Positions 50,278-64,000 of a stretch of 64,000 nucleotides of DNA are shown here, piece by piece; positions within the stretch are counted from its first letter, which is position 1, and the number at the start of each line of letters is the position of its first letter. A program made the position numbers and the translations under genes. The notes under the pieces are model-generated. The model had not been told where the DNA came from. It searched no databases and saw only the letters and a list, made by a program, of their open reading frames with translations. Location of the stretch: the NCBI RefSeq assembly GCF_001194135.2, contig NC_068992.1, positions 61,951,010 through 62,015,009 of the forward strand, in the 5' to 3' direction. The stretch comes from Octopus bimaculoides. Lineage: Eukaryota.

Positions 50278-51136
50278 CCCATCCGTTTATCAGCGTTTAT
50301 ATATTTATCGCCCTAATAAACTCGCGCATGCGCACAGGCGCCTACATTCAAAACGGTGCCCCAGTCTAATGACTGAAACAAGAATTGAAGAATTGAATAA
50401 AGGAATACAGAATATATACGCTTTTCCATTTATGGGTAGATTGAACACCATGTAAAGAGAAACACACTTTGAGAGAAGGGGATAGAGGAACAGAGAAGGA
50501 GAAAGCGAGAAAGAGAAAAACAGAAGGAATGAAAAAGTGAGAGAAAGAGAAAGAAATAGTGAAAGAGATAGATTAATTGATAGATAGATAGATAAAGAGA
50601 GAGAGAGAGAGAGTGTGGATGAGAGTGAAAGAGAGTGAGTGGGTGAGAGAGCGAGCGAGCGAGAGAGAGAGAGAGAGAGAGAGATTAGCCAAAAGCAATG
50701 ACTTTTTATTCTGAACTTATCCAAAAAGACATCTCTGTTCTTTTTTATATTCGCCATTTTTTTTTATCACTTTCACTTCTCAACCGATAAAATTACAGCA
50801 TTTCCGACATTTCGGATGGCGTGGTCCGATTGTGTATCAATATAGATAATGATCAGAGTTTAATAGCATGTTGAATAGTCTGGTGGCCCATTCTGGAGCT
50901 TGTTAACATTGAATGACTGATTAATGACTGTTTTATTTAGAAATATCAGATAGGCTATCATTCATGCATGCATTGACACATACGAGAGTTGAGGAAATGT
51001 AGCCTAGTTCTCAGTAAACAAGAGGGGTATTGGTTCGATCTACAGATTAGCTTAGATGGTATAATAATTCTGAGTCAAACAGACTCGGTAGGACACAGTA
51101 CAGTTCATATACAAAGTACAGGTCACACATACACAC

Positions 51137-51248
<112 letters not shown>

Positions 51249-51714
51249 TATCAGCTGTTGTTGGTCACATCGTTGGTCACAATGCGTTTTGCATCGTTTT
51301 ATCTTTCGAATGATGCCACGCTCTTGACTAGGCGAGCAGGCCAACAGTCCCTCTGATCTATTCCGTCGCAGGGTTATCTATCAATAGCTGAGTGAAGTGA
51401 ATGTGCTTTGCTCAAGAGCACAACGCACCGCACGGTCCAGAATCTAATCGTGGGAGCAACACGACTACACTCACAAGCGCCTTTACACAAACTGTATGTA
51501 TACATGCATCCTTTACTTGAATTAGCCCTTGGACTGCAGCCATGTTGGGGTGCCACCTTGAAGGGCCTAGTCATACAAATCGACACCAGTACTTGACTTT
51601 TTAAGACTAATTCTATTGGTCTATATTAATGAGCCGCTAAGTGATGAGGACATCAACAGCCCGACACCGATTGAGAAGCGGTACCGGGGATAAACACAAT
51701 CGCACACACACACA

Positions 51715-51768
<54 letters not shown>

Positions 51769-53644
51769 GGTGGGTGCCATAAGTGTCTGTCTACCAAATT
51801 CACGCACACAGCATTGGGACTGTAGAAGAAACTTACCAATAGTGGAACGCAGTGAGACTGAACTCAAAACCACGCTGTTGTGAACTTCTTAACCACATCA
51901 CTCATCTCTGTAACCCCACTCAAATATATATATATATATATATACATACATATATACATTTATATATACGTCTTCATCTCTCTATAATATATATGATATA
52001 AATATATAGATGTATATGATATATATTAATATAAATATTGTATGTCTATGTACATAGATATGTACATACGTAATACATACATACGTACATGCACACATTC
52101 ACTTATACACACACATACAGATACACTCACACACTCTGGAGAATATTCCATTCAAAATCATTACAAAATGAAGTGCTATATGAAAAAGTTGAGCTGATGA
52201 ACCGAAAGAGGAAACTCTGTCCATAGTGCTTCCAAACAGCGTCCATCACACAACTTTCTTCACCAGTTTTACTATTTATTTCCTGCTTTTGTTTCCTTAT
52301 TCAATGAACAGTGGGAAGATCAACATATTTTCCATGCGCATTGTCCAACTATGTATAGAACAGCTGATGCGTGTATACTTACTTAAACAGATGCATTTGT
52401 TATTATCTGAGATGTATGTAAATACATTCACATGTACACACACATACACACATCTGATCTTTTATGCATTGTGTAGATTCTTTCTTTTTGCATTCAGCAC
52501 TTCCTTTCTTCTCTTCTTCCTTCTTTTTTTTTTCTTTCTCTGTTCGTTTGTTTCTTCCCTGTTCGTTTTTTCTCCCTAATTCAAAAACTGCTTTTTAAGG
52601 CTACACACAGATTCACAATCTCTGTAGATTTTACAGTGAATGAGTATTGGATATTTTGTTTGATGTTATTATATAGGGTTTTGGTTGTGTGGTCGTGGTG
52701 AGAGTACTAGAATATTTTGAAGAGTATAGGTCATTGTCAGGAAAACTGCTTTGTAATGCCAACTTCCTACCTACCTACCTACCGACCGACCGACCGACCG
52801 ACCGACCGAACGACCGACCGACCGACCGACCGACCTGCCTACCTAACTTTCCACCCCCACAAGCAAATAGAGACCTATCTAACTACCAACCTACATGTTT
52901 ATATATACCTATCAATTCGTTTACCTACCAAGCTTTCTATCTACCTATCCGACAAACAACCCACCTATTAACACATTTCCTACCTACCTACCTACCTACT
53001 TAGCGTTCAATCAATCAATCAATCAATCAATCAGTCAATCAATCAATCTATCTATCTATCTATTTATCTGTGCATTTATTTGAATGCCTATTTAAAGTTT
53101 TTACACATATACACACGTATATGCATATATNNNNNNNNNNNNNNNNNNNNNNNNNNNNNNNNNNNNNNNNNNNNNNNNNNNNNNNNNNNNNNNNNNNNNN
53201 NNNNNNNNNNNNNNNNNNNNNNNNNNNNNNNNNNNNNNNNNNNNNNNNNNNNNNNNNNNNNNNNNNNNNNNNNNNNNNNNNNNNNNNNNNNNNNNNNNNN
53301 NNNNNNNNNNNNNNNNNNNNNNNNNNNNNNNNNNNNNNNNNNNNNNNNNNNNNNNNNNNNNNNNNNNNNNNNNNNNNNNNNNNNNNNNNNNNNNNNNNNN
53401 NNNNNNNNNNNNNNNNNNNNNNNNNNNNNNNNNNNNNNNNNNNNNNNNNNNNNNNNNNNNNNNNNNNNNNNNNNNNNNNNNNNNNNNNNNNNNNNNNNNN
53501 NNNNNNNNNNNNNNNNNNNNNNNNNNNNNNNNNNNNNNNNNNNNNNNNNNNNNNNNNNNNNNNNNNNNNNNNNNNNNNNNNNNNNNNNNNNNNNNNNNNN
53601 NNNNNNNNNNNNNNNNNNNNNNNNNNNNNNNNNNNNNNNNNNNN

Positions 53645-53682
<38 letters not shown>

Positions 53683-55149
53683 CATATACACCCCCACCAT
53701 TTTAATAATATATAAAAAAAACACACTGTAACCAAAATGAATTAAAGAGGAAATTGTAAAGTTGCAATATCAACGGTTGGGTGCAGCGAATCAATTGAAC
53801 ACATGGATTCCCGATAAAAGATGATTGTCAGAGAGGAAAATTTGATTCCAACACAACTCTTGTATGAAGTCAGAATTACATGGATGCATGCCAATACACA
53901 CACACACATATATACATATATACGTACACACACACACGCACACACAAGCACACACATGAATATTCAACACCATGTTAGTGATTAAGGATATTTCCTTTTG
54001 GTCGTAGCCTGTAGCTACTCTGAGTTTCACTGTAGGTATACACGGCCTTCAAGATGAATAGAAGTGAGCAATATATATATATACAAATAGTATGTGAGTA
54101 TATGCATATATACGTACATGTATGTACATACCTACATCTACATGTATATCTGGGTACAGGACGTCACAACAAAAACGTGGACAAAATGAAAAACAGAACA
54201 TAAACAAAGCACGGAAAACAAACAGGCCCCATAGAGAACATTTCCTTCATCAGCTGCCCCTATTCTAAACTAAGCGTATATATATATATATGGCACTCCG
54301 TCGGTTACGACGACGACGAGGGTTCCCGTTAATCTGATCAACAGAACAGCCTGCTCGTGAAATTAACGTGCAACTGGCTGAGCATTCCGCAGACACGTGT
54401 GCCCTTAACGTTGTTCTCGGGAAGATTCAGTGTGAAACAGGGTGTGACAAGACTGGACCTTTGGAATACAGGTACAACAGAAACAGGAAGAAAAAATGAG
54501 AGAAAGTTGTAGTGAAAGAATACAGTAAGATTCAACCCCAAAGCCGGAGCCTCGTGGAGATTTAGATGCTTTTGCTCAATAAACACTCACAATAAAACCG
54601 CGATAATATAAGAGCGTATAAAACATTTTTATACACAGAGAGGAGACCCTTGACAGGTCTCCTTACATGTTAGAAAGGGCAGTTNNNNNNNNNNNNNNNN
54701 NNNNNNNNNNNNNNNNNNNNNNNNNNNNNNNNNNNNNNNNNNNNNNNNNNNNNNNNNNNNNNNNNNNNNNNNNNNNNNNNNNNNNNNNNNNNNNNNNNNN
54801 NNNNNNNNNNNNNNNNNNNNNNNNNNNNNNNNNNNNNNNNNNNNNNNNNNNNNNNNNNNNNNNNNNNNNNNNNNNNNNNNNNNNNNNNNNNNNNNNNNNN
54901 NNNNNNNNNNNNNNNNNNNNNNNNNNNNNNNNNNNNNNNNNNNNNNNNNNNNNNNNNNNNNNNNNNNNNNNNNNNNNNNNNNNNNNNNNNNNNNNNNNNN
55001 NNNNNNNNNNNNNNNNNNNNNNNNNNNNNNNNNNNNNNNNNNNNNNNNNNNNNNATATATATGTATATATATGTATATATATATGTATACATGTGTGTAT
55101 GTATGAATGTATATCCATATATGTATGTATTTTTGTGGTGCCAAAACAT

Positions 55150-55410
55150 GAAAATGATCAATAGAGATCTGTTGAGAGTGCATCGAGTTTGGTATTTGTT
55201 AATTTATGTGCATATCGTGGGCATTGTTTCTCAAAGCATATAAGTTTTAAAACGGATCAAAGTGCTACAAATTATGTCTAACAGAAAAACTCCACAGTAT
55301 CCGATACCCTAACCCAATCTTTAATAAAAAATAGCGAACTAACTTCGGCTTTCTTACACGTCCATAAATTTCTCCTCAAGAATTTCAAAGATCGTCTTGG
55401 AGCATGACAA
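55150..55410 (+). mobile_element. Penelope-like GIY-YIG extreme C-terminal remnant
   Basis: NGSKCYKLCLTEKLHSIRYPNP..NK.SELTSA.LHVHKFLLKNF. Confidence 0.7.
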
Positions 55411-56927
55411 CAATCTGCCATCTACTGACAAATTCCGTTTACAATCATTCCAAATCTTTCAATCACCTTGATCACTCGGATGCTTATACGCACACGTACA
55501 CACACACATACATACGTGTGTGTGTGTGTATACATATATATGTGTATATATATGTATGTGTATGTATATGTATGTATGTGTTTATGTACGTATGTACATA
55601 TATATATGTATTTACATACATACATGCATTTATATATCTATCCATTTATATACATATACATACACACACACACACATATATATATGTATATACGTATACA
55701 TTTATACGTACATATGTGTGTATATGTCTGTGCGTGTGTGTGTCTCTTCGTGATCAAAATCAGAATACATGAATACATGTCGATGCAAATATCACATTAA
55801 AAATGGTGCCAATTTATAAAAGACATTCAAGAGAAAGGCAGCTACATATAAAAATGTAGATTGAATACTGAAGACAATAATATATACATAGCTACATATG
55901 TATATAAATATACACACATGCATGCATATAAATATATATGTATACACACACATACATAAATATATATAAATACACACACATGCATACATATATACACATT
56001 TACGTACACATAAATACATACATTGAGCAAGGAATCTAAGACAGTACGTATATAGCAAACAAATTAGATTCCATCAACTAATTGAAATACATAACACTAT
56101 ACTGTTGTTGTTGGTGGTTCTCCGTCACTTGACTATGAAGATTCAATTGTTCATTCAACAAATTAATCTGGACCTGAATTAATGTGTAAACGGTTGAGTA
56201 TTCCATAGACGCATGCATCTTTAATTCTCAGGTAAAAGCAACCTGACACAGTATATGACAAGGCTGTAGCTTTTGAATTACAAGTACAATTCATTCGACG
56301 GGCTTCTTTACCGTTTCTTTCGACTCAGTTTCAGTCGTGAGACTATGATAAAAGAAATTTGCCCAAGATATCACTCTGTGTGGTTAAACATATAATCTCG
56401 ATGTTGCGATGCGAACAACTTCTTAACCATTGGCCACAACACATATACAATTATACATGCAATTATGCATGCATAAATACATACATGCAGACATACATAC
56501 ATACTATATAAATCATACAGAGATACATTCATACTTGAATACGTATTGTGGATTCAAGCAATCCGATAGCACTTATTAAAAAAAAGCAAAAGCTCCTTAA
56601 TGTATCATTGTACAAACCGTATAGAATTTTTATTAATATACAAGAGAACAGGCTAATAAAAGTAAAAAGTCACAAATGACAGAGAAATATTTTGATGAAC
56701 TTTTATTTAACAATAAGAAAACTCCTAATATCACGACAAATTGTTTCGTAACTCAAAAACATGTAAATAATTTACATTACCATATTTAATGATAAATAAA
56801 TTACTTGCATGTCAGCATTAATGCAAAATGCAAATAAAATCGTTCAAGGCGGTGCCCCAAAATGGCCGCAGTAAAATGACTGAAACAAGGCATCAGCCTT
56901 AGGGCTGAAACATATAAAAGAATATAA

Positions 56928-56964
<37 letters not shown>

Positions 56965-57325
56965 NNNNNNNNNNNNNNNNNNNNNNNNNNNNNNNNNNNN
57001 NNNNNNNNNNNNNNNNNNNNNNNNNNNNNNNNNNNNNNNNNNNNNNNNNNNNNNNNNNNNNNNNNNNNNNNNNNNNNNNNNNNNNNNNNNNNNNNNNNNN
57101 NNNNNNNNNNNNNNNNNNNNNNNNNNNNNNNNNNNNNNNNNNNNNNNNNNNNNNNNNNNNNNNNNNNNNNNNNNNNNNNNNNNNNNNNNNNNNNNNNNNN
57201 NNNNNNNNNNNNNNNNNNNNNNNNNNNNNNNNNNNNNNNNNNNNNNNNNNNNNNNNNNNNNNNNNNNNNNNNNNNNNNNNNNNNNNNNNNNNNNNNNNNN
57301 NNNNNNNNNNNNNNNNNNNNNNNNN

Positions 57326-57388
<63 letters not shown>

Positions 57389-57499
57389 TACACATATTTG
57401 CCACCAAGCATGTGGCCGGTCAAGATTAACTCTTAACTAAAAAACGAAAGAGAACATATACATACATTTGTGCATACATAAATGTATGTACTTTTTGAA

Positions 57500-58350
57500 T
57501 TACAAGTACTATCCACGCTACCTGTACATTAGGATAAAAGATACAACTTTATAATACTGTACAGTACAAGATACTGCCAAACAGTGCCGCGCAGTAAACG
57601 TCTCTGAATTTGATGTTCCTGCTCGTAACTTAGTGTGGATTTATAAGAGGTTCCAGAACATCAGTGTCCTGAAAGTCGAGGTTGTATCCGTATATTGATT
57701 TCTTCAAACAATATCTTAAATTCTATAGCTAAAAAGGATCTGTATAGATATATCAATATGTTTTCGTTAGATGAGTTGCTGACCTACTTTGACAGTGCAT
57801 GTCAGAGTTTTCCATGTTTGCTGGTTAGAGTGTAGGTGTTTTGTGTCATTACTTCATTAGTTTCACGAAGGCATGTACAGAAATTGTCATTTGTACCTTT
57901 ATCATAATATTCATCAACTATTTTCGTTAATTATAAGCCTGTTTTTAGCTTTAGTTTTTGTCTAATATTTGTTGAGTTGGAAACCTGTGGTCATTTATCC
58001 CCCTTTGCAAGTGACACATCCATATCCTACTTGGTCGTTTTAAATGCGATCTGTGTAAAACAAAATAAACTTGTTTTTGCTTGTTTGATTGTGATTTATT
58101 GGGGGGAAGTAACATATTTTCTGGCATACAAGTCGAATTTTTCAGACTGAAATTTACAGTCAAAAATAGGTAGGTCGACTCATACACCAAGATGGCTTTG
58201 GAGGACCCAAAATTCCATATGAGATGCAGCAGGATTTAGAAAGATAGTGATGATGTTTGAATGCTTACACTACATGTTTACACTTTATACTACGTCGACT
58301 TGTATGCCGGAAAATATTGTAATAATTTCTGTTTTCCGCAACTTGTTGCT
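57500..58350 (-). mobile_element. Probable Penelope-like RT thumb remnant, heavily decayed
   Basis: FLTVNFSLKNSTCMP..PPNK (ORF 57951..58190) resembles FLDVxFxLxxxTYxP..PN of PLE RTs. Confidence 0.35.
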
Positions 58351-59531
58351 TTTTTACCATTTTAATAGAAAAGGAATTAGTATCCTTGGCTGTTTAAAGG
58401 GATTTCTAGACTGGTGAGAGAAAGGGAGAGAGGATGGTACCTTCAAATTGGTGACCTGGTCCGAATGCTTGCAACAGGATGAACCCCGCTAAAGTCACCC
58501 AGAGTGCAAAGCGGTGGTGTTAAAACGGGTGAAAGATTAAGTAGAACATGGTAGAATTTGGACTCTGAATCCAGAGCCGTAAGAATTATCACAAGTGAAG
58601 CGGCCTGAAGTTTTTATGGTTTCAACAATCTATCGCACCGGAATGGTACTTGTTTGGCGTTGACACCCACCCGTACCAAAAATTAAAAGAAAATAAAGTG
58701 AAATTCACTTCAATGGAATTAGAACAGAGAAGGATGCAAAGAGCTGGAACAAATACAACAGGGAATTAAGTCTGAAGGTACACCGGCTCGGTACTACATT
58801 CTATTATCAAACTGGGAAAATAAGTGGTCTACCTTAGTGGGATTAGATATCAAAGTCCAGAGAGTCAGAATAAATATCGCGGTTCTTTGTTTTTCTTATC
58901 TTTTTTAGATTTTCTAACAACTTTGCCTGTTGCCGAAAATCTAAGGCTTTATACAATCTATTCCCCTAAATTTCTTAGCATTCAAAAGGTTTTCTAATAA
59001 TTTTTCTCTGAATTTTCTAAAATACCGTCTTAATGTGGTTAAAATAATTTATTTTTTCAATAAGTTCTTTTCTTAAAATCAACAGCCGTTTTTCATCAAA
59101 ATTTTCATCTTTTCACCACTTTCAACCATTATCATTTTTCAAAATTATTTTTGAATGTTTTTTTCAGCATTCACACAAATTTTTTCAAAGAATATTTTTT
59201 TATCAATCTTTCTAAAGTTTGCTTCCATATAAGGCATTCCTGGAATTTTCGTCCGTCCTTAAACGCCAATGCATACATTAAACAGTCGTTCTGTAACCCT
59301 AAACTAACATAAAATGGCCATGAGTTAAATTCAAGCCACTCCTCACAAATAAATTTATATTCACCATTCGACCCTCTTTTTTTCTCATCAATTTCTTTTA
59401 TTCTTTCCTTTAATCTTTCGCTTTTTCCCTTCTTTTCTCTTTTCCTTATTCTAAACCATTTCTTCAGCTTGAAAAATTTCAATCGTTCGTTCTGAAAAGA
59501 TGAGAATGATCGAAATATGTATGTATGTGTG

Positions 59532-59568
<37 letters not shown>

Positions 59569-59781
59569 TTGTGTGTGTGTGTGTGTGTGTGTGATTGTGT
59601 GTGTGTGTATTCATATATGTAGACATATATACATACGTACATACATATAAACGTACATATACATATCCATGTATGCAGGTATATATGTGTGCATGTGAGT
59701 GTGTGTCTGCCTCTCTGTATATCTATACATATGTGTGTATGCATGTATGCATGTATGCATGTATGTGTGTGTACGTGTGCA

Positions 59782-59817
<36 letters not shown>

Positions 59818-60575
59818 TATGTATGTATGTATTCATAAGCACTAGTGTGTGTTTGCTCACACGTGTATTGGCGGAAATACATATTTGATAGCTTCAACGT
59901 GTACAGTTTTTTTTTCTAAATATTTGTGCGCAAATATTTCCTGTAAATATATGTATCTGCCTTTATTTCTCAGTCTGTAGAGACTCTGTCTGAACATTAA
60001 TTCATCACCAATTCCTCCTCTACGCAAGAATAAGTATACAAGCGGAACTTTGCCGTCCTATGCAGCTACATACAATAAAATCTATAGTAAACCATGTTTA
60101 CTTGCTTGTATGAAACTTGCATGTCCTACAAAAGCAATTTTATGTAAATGTTGTAATATAGTTTCATTGGCGCAGGTGTAGTTGTGTGGTAAGATGTTTG
60201 CATTCCAATTCGTTGTTTTAAGGTTCAGTCCCGCTGCGTGGTAGCACGAGAATATATCTTCTATTTTAGCTACGAACCCGACCAAGAACGTTCTAGTGGA
60301 TTTGGTAGAGTGAAAGAAGGCCGTCATTTCGGCTTTAATTATATAAAAATATATAAATTCATTTTTAGTTGTCTCAACTTACTTCCAGTTGTATAGCACA
60401 TCTGCTGAAGTTTAAATATGATAATTCCAGCCGGAAACCGGAATCGGTTTATAAATTTTGACGAAAATAGCTAACTAACAAAATAAATGAAAAAGAACCG
60501 AGTTGACAGGATCTTACCGTGTTAATTTCGTCTTCCACTTTAGGTACCCGGCTACAATATATAATGCTGATTTTA

Positions 60576-60806
60576 GGCGGTGAGCAGGCAGAATCGTTAG
60601 CACGCCGGGCGAAATGCTTAGTGGTATTTCGTCTGTCTTTACGTTCTGAGTTCAAATTCCCCAGAGGTTGACTTTGCCTTTCATTCTTTCGGAGTCGATT
60701 AAATAAGTAGCAGTTACGCACTGGGGTCGATGTAATCGACTTAATCCCTTTGTATGTCCTTGTTTGTCCCCTCTATATTTAGCTCTTTGTGGGCAATAAA
60801 TAAATA
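60576..60806 (+). mobile_element. Young family A SINE with a perfect 20-bp target-site duplication
   Basis: AATATATAATGCTGATTTTA at 60556-60575 and 60807-60826. Confidence 0.92.
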
Positions 60807-61803
60807 AATATATAATGCTGATTTTAAATTTTGGCAATTTGAAGGAGAGGGGATAATCGGTTACCTCGATCCCAATGCTCACATTGTGCTTATTTTATCG
60901 ACCTCGAAAAGATGCATGGCAAAGTCTACCTCGGCGGAATTTGACCTCAGAACGCAAAGAGCCGCCAGAAATGCCTCTAAAACGTTTGGCCGTCGTGCTG
61001 CGAATATATTTGATAATACTATAGTATTACGAGGCAGCTTCATATGACATTAATATGACAAGTTGTTTTGTATTAAGAGAGCAAAATTTCAGCATTATGA
61101 CACTATGATGTATCTTAGAAGTATATTAGGTCATAAATATGATGTTACTATGATAATGCGCTATTATCATAGCATCGTCACCACTTCTATTACAAGAAGT
61201 AAATTACTGCCATTATCATCGACGCAGCAGCGCCGCCCGCCATTTCCACCACGACCACCACCACCACGACCACGACCACGACCACGACCACCACCACGAC
61301 CACGACCACCACGACGACGACCACCACCACCATCGTCATCATCATCATCATCATCATGTTCAAAGTTACAACATCAATAACAGCTTCAACAAGACACAAA
61401 ACAAAATTATGCAAAGATCAATATATATTACACACACACACACAACTATCGACACTATATACATACATATGTATAAATATGTCTATGCACATAAGTATGT
61501 ATGTGTACAGACACACACTTATACACACGCACACACACACACAAGCGCACACTCACACATACACACAAGCAATCGATTTCTTCAACACGGGAAAAGGTAT
61601 GGAAATTTGAGGAAAAAAAGTGATCGAACATTAATTTTATCGATTCCAAATCATAATTGATTAAATTATTTCCGGGTATAACTTTTGATTATTAACATAT
61701 TTGGGGCGGGTGGGGTATTGTATGCAGGGAATTAAGGGGCTATTTTTGAAATGATGTTTATGAGTGTGTATATAGATGCAGGTGGTTTTACGTATTTGCA
61801 TAG

Positions 61804-61866
<63 letters not shown>

Positions 61867-62109
61867 TATGTGCATATACGTGTGTGTGTGCGCGCGCGCG
61901 CGGATATAAGTATCAAAATCTAAATGCATTTTTCAACAAGGGACACATCTGGTATTTTGTGCTTAGACACGTATGCACACACACACACATATATAGATCA
62001 AGCAAATAAGTAATATGAGATATAGGTTCGAGGAATCATGCGGCTACCACAGTATGCTCTTCTTACGGACTTAGTTACCAGCCTACATAGTAATCATATG
62101 TACATTTAA

Positions 62110-62445
62110 AGATCACCTCCCACCACTTCGGTCACGAATGACCAAAGGATTGCATCTAAAAAGTTCCTCTCTGAGGTACAAATCCGGGTAAGATTATTTA
62201 ATGGATAACCAGCAGTCTCTCATGCATACTTGTCTCCCCTCTCCACGCCACCGATGATGTTCAACGGAAAGGCAAAGGGGCCGATACAGCTTGGCACCAG
62301 TGACGTCGCTACGCATTTCTATAGCTGAGTGAAATAAGCAACGTGAAATAAAGTGCCTTGCTCAAGAACACAACACAGCACAGTCAGGAAATCGGATTCA
62401 TATTCTCCCGATTGTATACCCGATGCTCTAACCATTGAGCTCTAT
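62110..62445 (-). mobile_element. tRNA-headed SINE with an RTE-like 3' tail (partial copy at 51325-51470)
   Basis: Plus strand reads GGTCACGAATGACC..CCCCTCTCCACGCCACC..TAGCTGAGTG..GCTCAAGAACACAACAC; the head shares modules with family C; the RTE origin of the tail is recalled, not verified. Confidence 0.6.
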
Positions 62446-63944
62446 ACCTTCACACGCACATACACGCACATACACACATACACACTGACACGCACACACA
62501 TGAAGGTATGCATATATGTATGTATATGCATACATTAATCTATTCATATATATCTGTAGTATGCTCATGTATGTCTAAGTATGTGCATGTGGTATGTGCA
62601 TGTGGTATGTGCATGTATGTCTAAGTATGAATTTGCACATGCACAAGGACATACAGACACATACATGCAAACTCATACACGCATGAGTAGTTTTTCAAAC
62701 AGGAGGCAAAGAACTCAGTACGTACAGTAGAGGATGTAGGTTCGAGGAATCGTGCGGCTATCACAGTATGCTCCTCTGTGAAGGGGCGTAATTGGATCAG
62801 GGGCCGAGACTTTTGTAACAAACTACATTTCTAAAACAGGCTTGAACCACTTATACCGCTTCACATCTTATAAATAGTATACATAAATAGATACACACAC
62901 ACATACACACACATCGATCTGTCTATAAATATTTATGTATGTATATATGGATGTATAAATCTATGTCTATATATATATTTGAATCTATCTGTGTTCATAA
63001 ATCTCCAAGCACAAACATTCGAAGATTACTTAGAGACACAGAGCATTTTATAAGAACCAGCTTAGACCCGCGTCTCCGATGCAAGAAACTATTAGAAGCT
63101 TCTATGTATATGTGTGTGTTTGTGTGTGTGTTTGTGTGTATTTGTGTGTGTGTGTGTGTGTGTGGGAGTGTGTGTGTGTGTGTGTGTCTGTCTGTCTGTG
63201 TGTGTGTGTATGTCTGTATATATNNNNNNNNNNNNNNNNNNNNNNNNNNNNNNNNNNNNNNNNNNNNNNNNNNNNNNNNNNNNNNNNNNNNNNNNNNNNN
63301 NNNNNNNNNNNNNNNNNNNNNNNNNNNNNNNNNNNNNNNNNNNNNNNNNNNNNNNNNNNNNNNNNNNNNNNNNNNNNNNNNNNNNNNNNNNNNNNNNNNN
63401 NNNNNNNNNNNNNNNNNNNNNNNNNNNNNNNNNNNNNNNNNNNNNNNNNNNNNNNNNNNNNNNNNNNNNNNNNNNNNNNNNNNNNNNNNNNNNNNNNNNN
63501 NNNNNNNNNNNNNNNNNNNNNNNNNNNNNNNNNNNNNNNNNNNNNNNNNNNNNNNNNNNNNNNNNNNNNNNNNNNNNNNNNNNNNNNNNNNNNNNNNNNN
63601 NNNNNNNNNNNNNNNNNNNNNNNNNNNNNNNNNNNNNNNNNNNNNNNNNNNNNNNNNNNNNNNNNNNNNNNNNNNNNNNNNNNNNNNNNNNNNNNNNNNN
63701 NNNNNNNNNNNNNNNNNNNNNNNNNNNNNNNNNNNNNNNNNNNNNNNNNNNNNNNNNNNNNNNNNNNNNNNNNNNNNNNNNNNNNNNNNNNNNNNNNNNN
63801 NNNNNNNNNNNNNNNNNNNNNNNNNNNNNNNNNNNNNNNNNNNNNNNNNNNNNNNNNNNNNNNNNNNNNNNNNNNNNNNNNNNNNNNNNNNNNNNNNNNN
63901 NNNNNNNNNNNNNNNNNNNNNNNNNNNNNNNNNNNNNNNNNNNN

Positions 63945-63982
<38 letters not shown>

Positions 63983-64000
63983 ATAAATTATTTATGTATG

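Noticed and set aside
52170-52232. CTGATGA-ACCGAAAGAG-GAAAC-TCT-GTC, a hammerhead-like string
   Set aside because: Stem II cannot close and stem I is mismatched next to the core; the alternative fold puts G at the cleavage position

Overview
AT-rich eukaryotic scaffold window with about 25 sized N-gaps, most flanked by (TA)n or (CA)n. It is dominated by microsatellites and decayed transposable elements. The SINE and microsatellite landscape looks like a cephalopod (Octopus-like) genome; this is an inference from pattern recognition, not a database match. No intact, recognisable host gene is present, and almost all ORF-track entries are translations of microsatellites or gaps. Supported elements: two tandem L1/Tx1-type LINE remnants (0.36-3.6 kb), several Penelope-like (GIY-YIG) remnants, R4/Dong-type and other RLE-type non-LTR remnants sitting in (TAA)n or (CATA)n tracts, a pogo/Tigger DDE transposase remnant with one TIR, a Tc1/mariner N-terminal remnant, a hAT-type MITE, and many tRNA-derived SINEs of about four modular families. 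Most interesting observations: (1) minimal hammerhead-ribozyme motifs of the Penelope/retrozyme type at about 223-266 (+) and 9404-9476 (-); (2) a compact regulatory module with two RFX X-boxes and a YY1 motif at about 47.6 kb, with paired E-boxes and a full CRE palindrome nearby; (3) apparent microsatellite-specific retroelement targeting; (4) several unannotated exon-like islands, including signal-peptide-like and transmembrane-like ones, that may belong to a long-intron gene.
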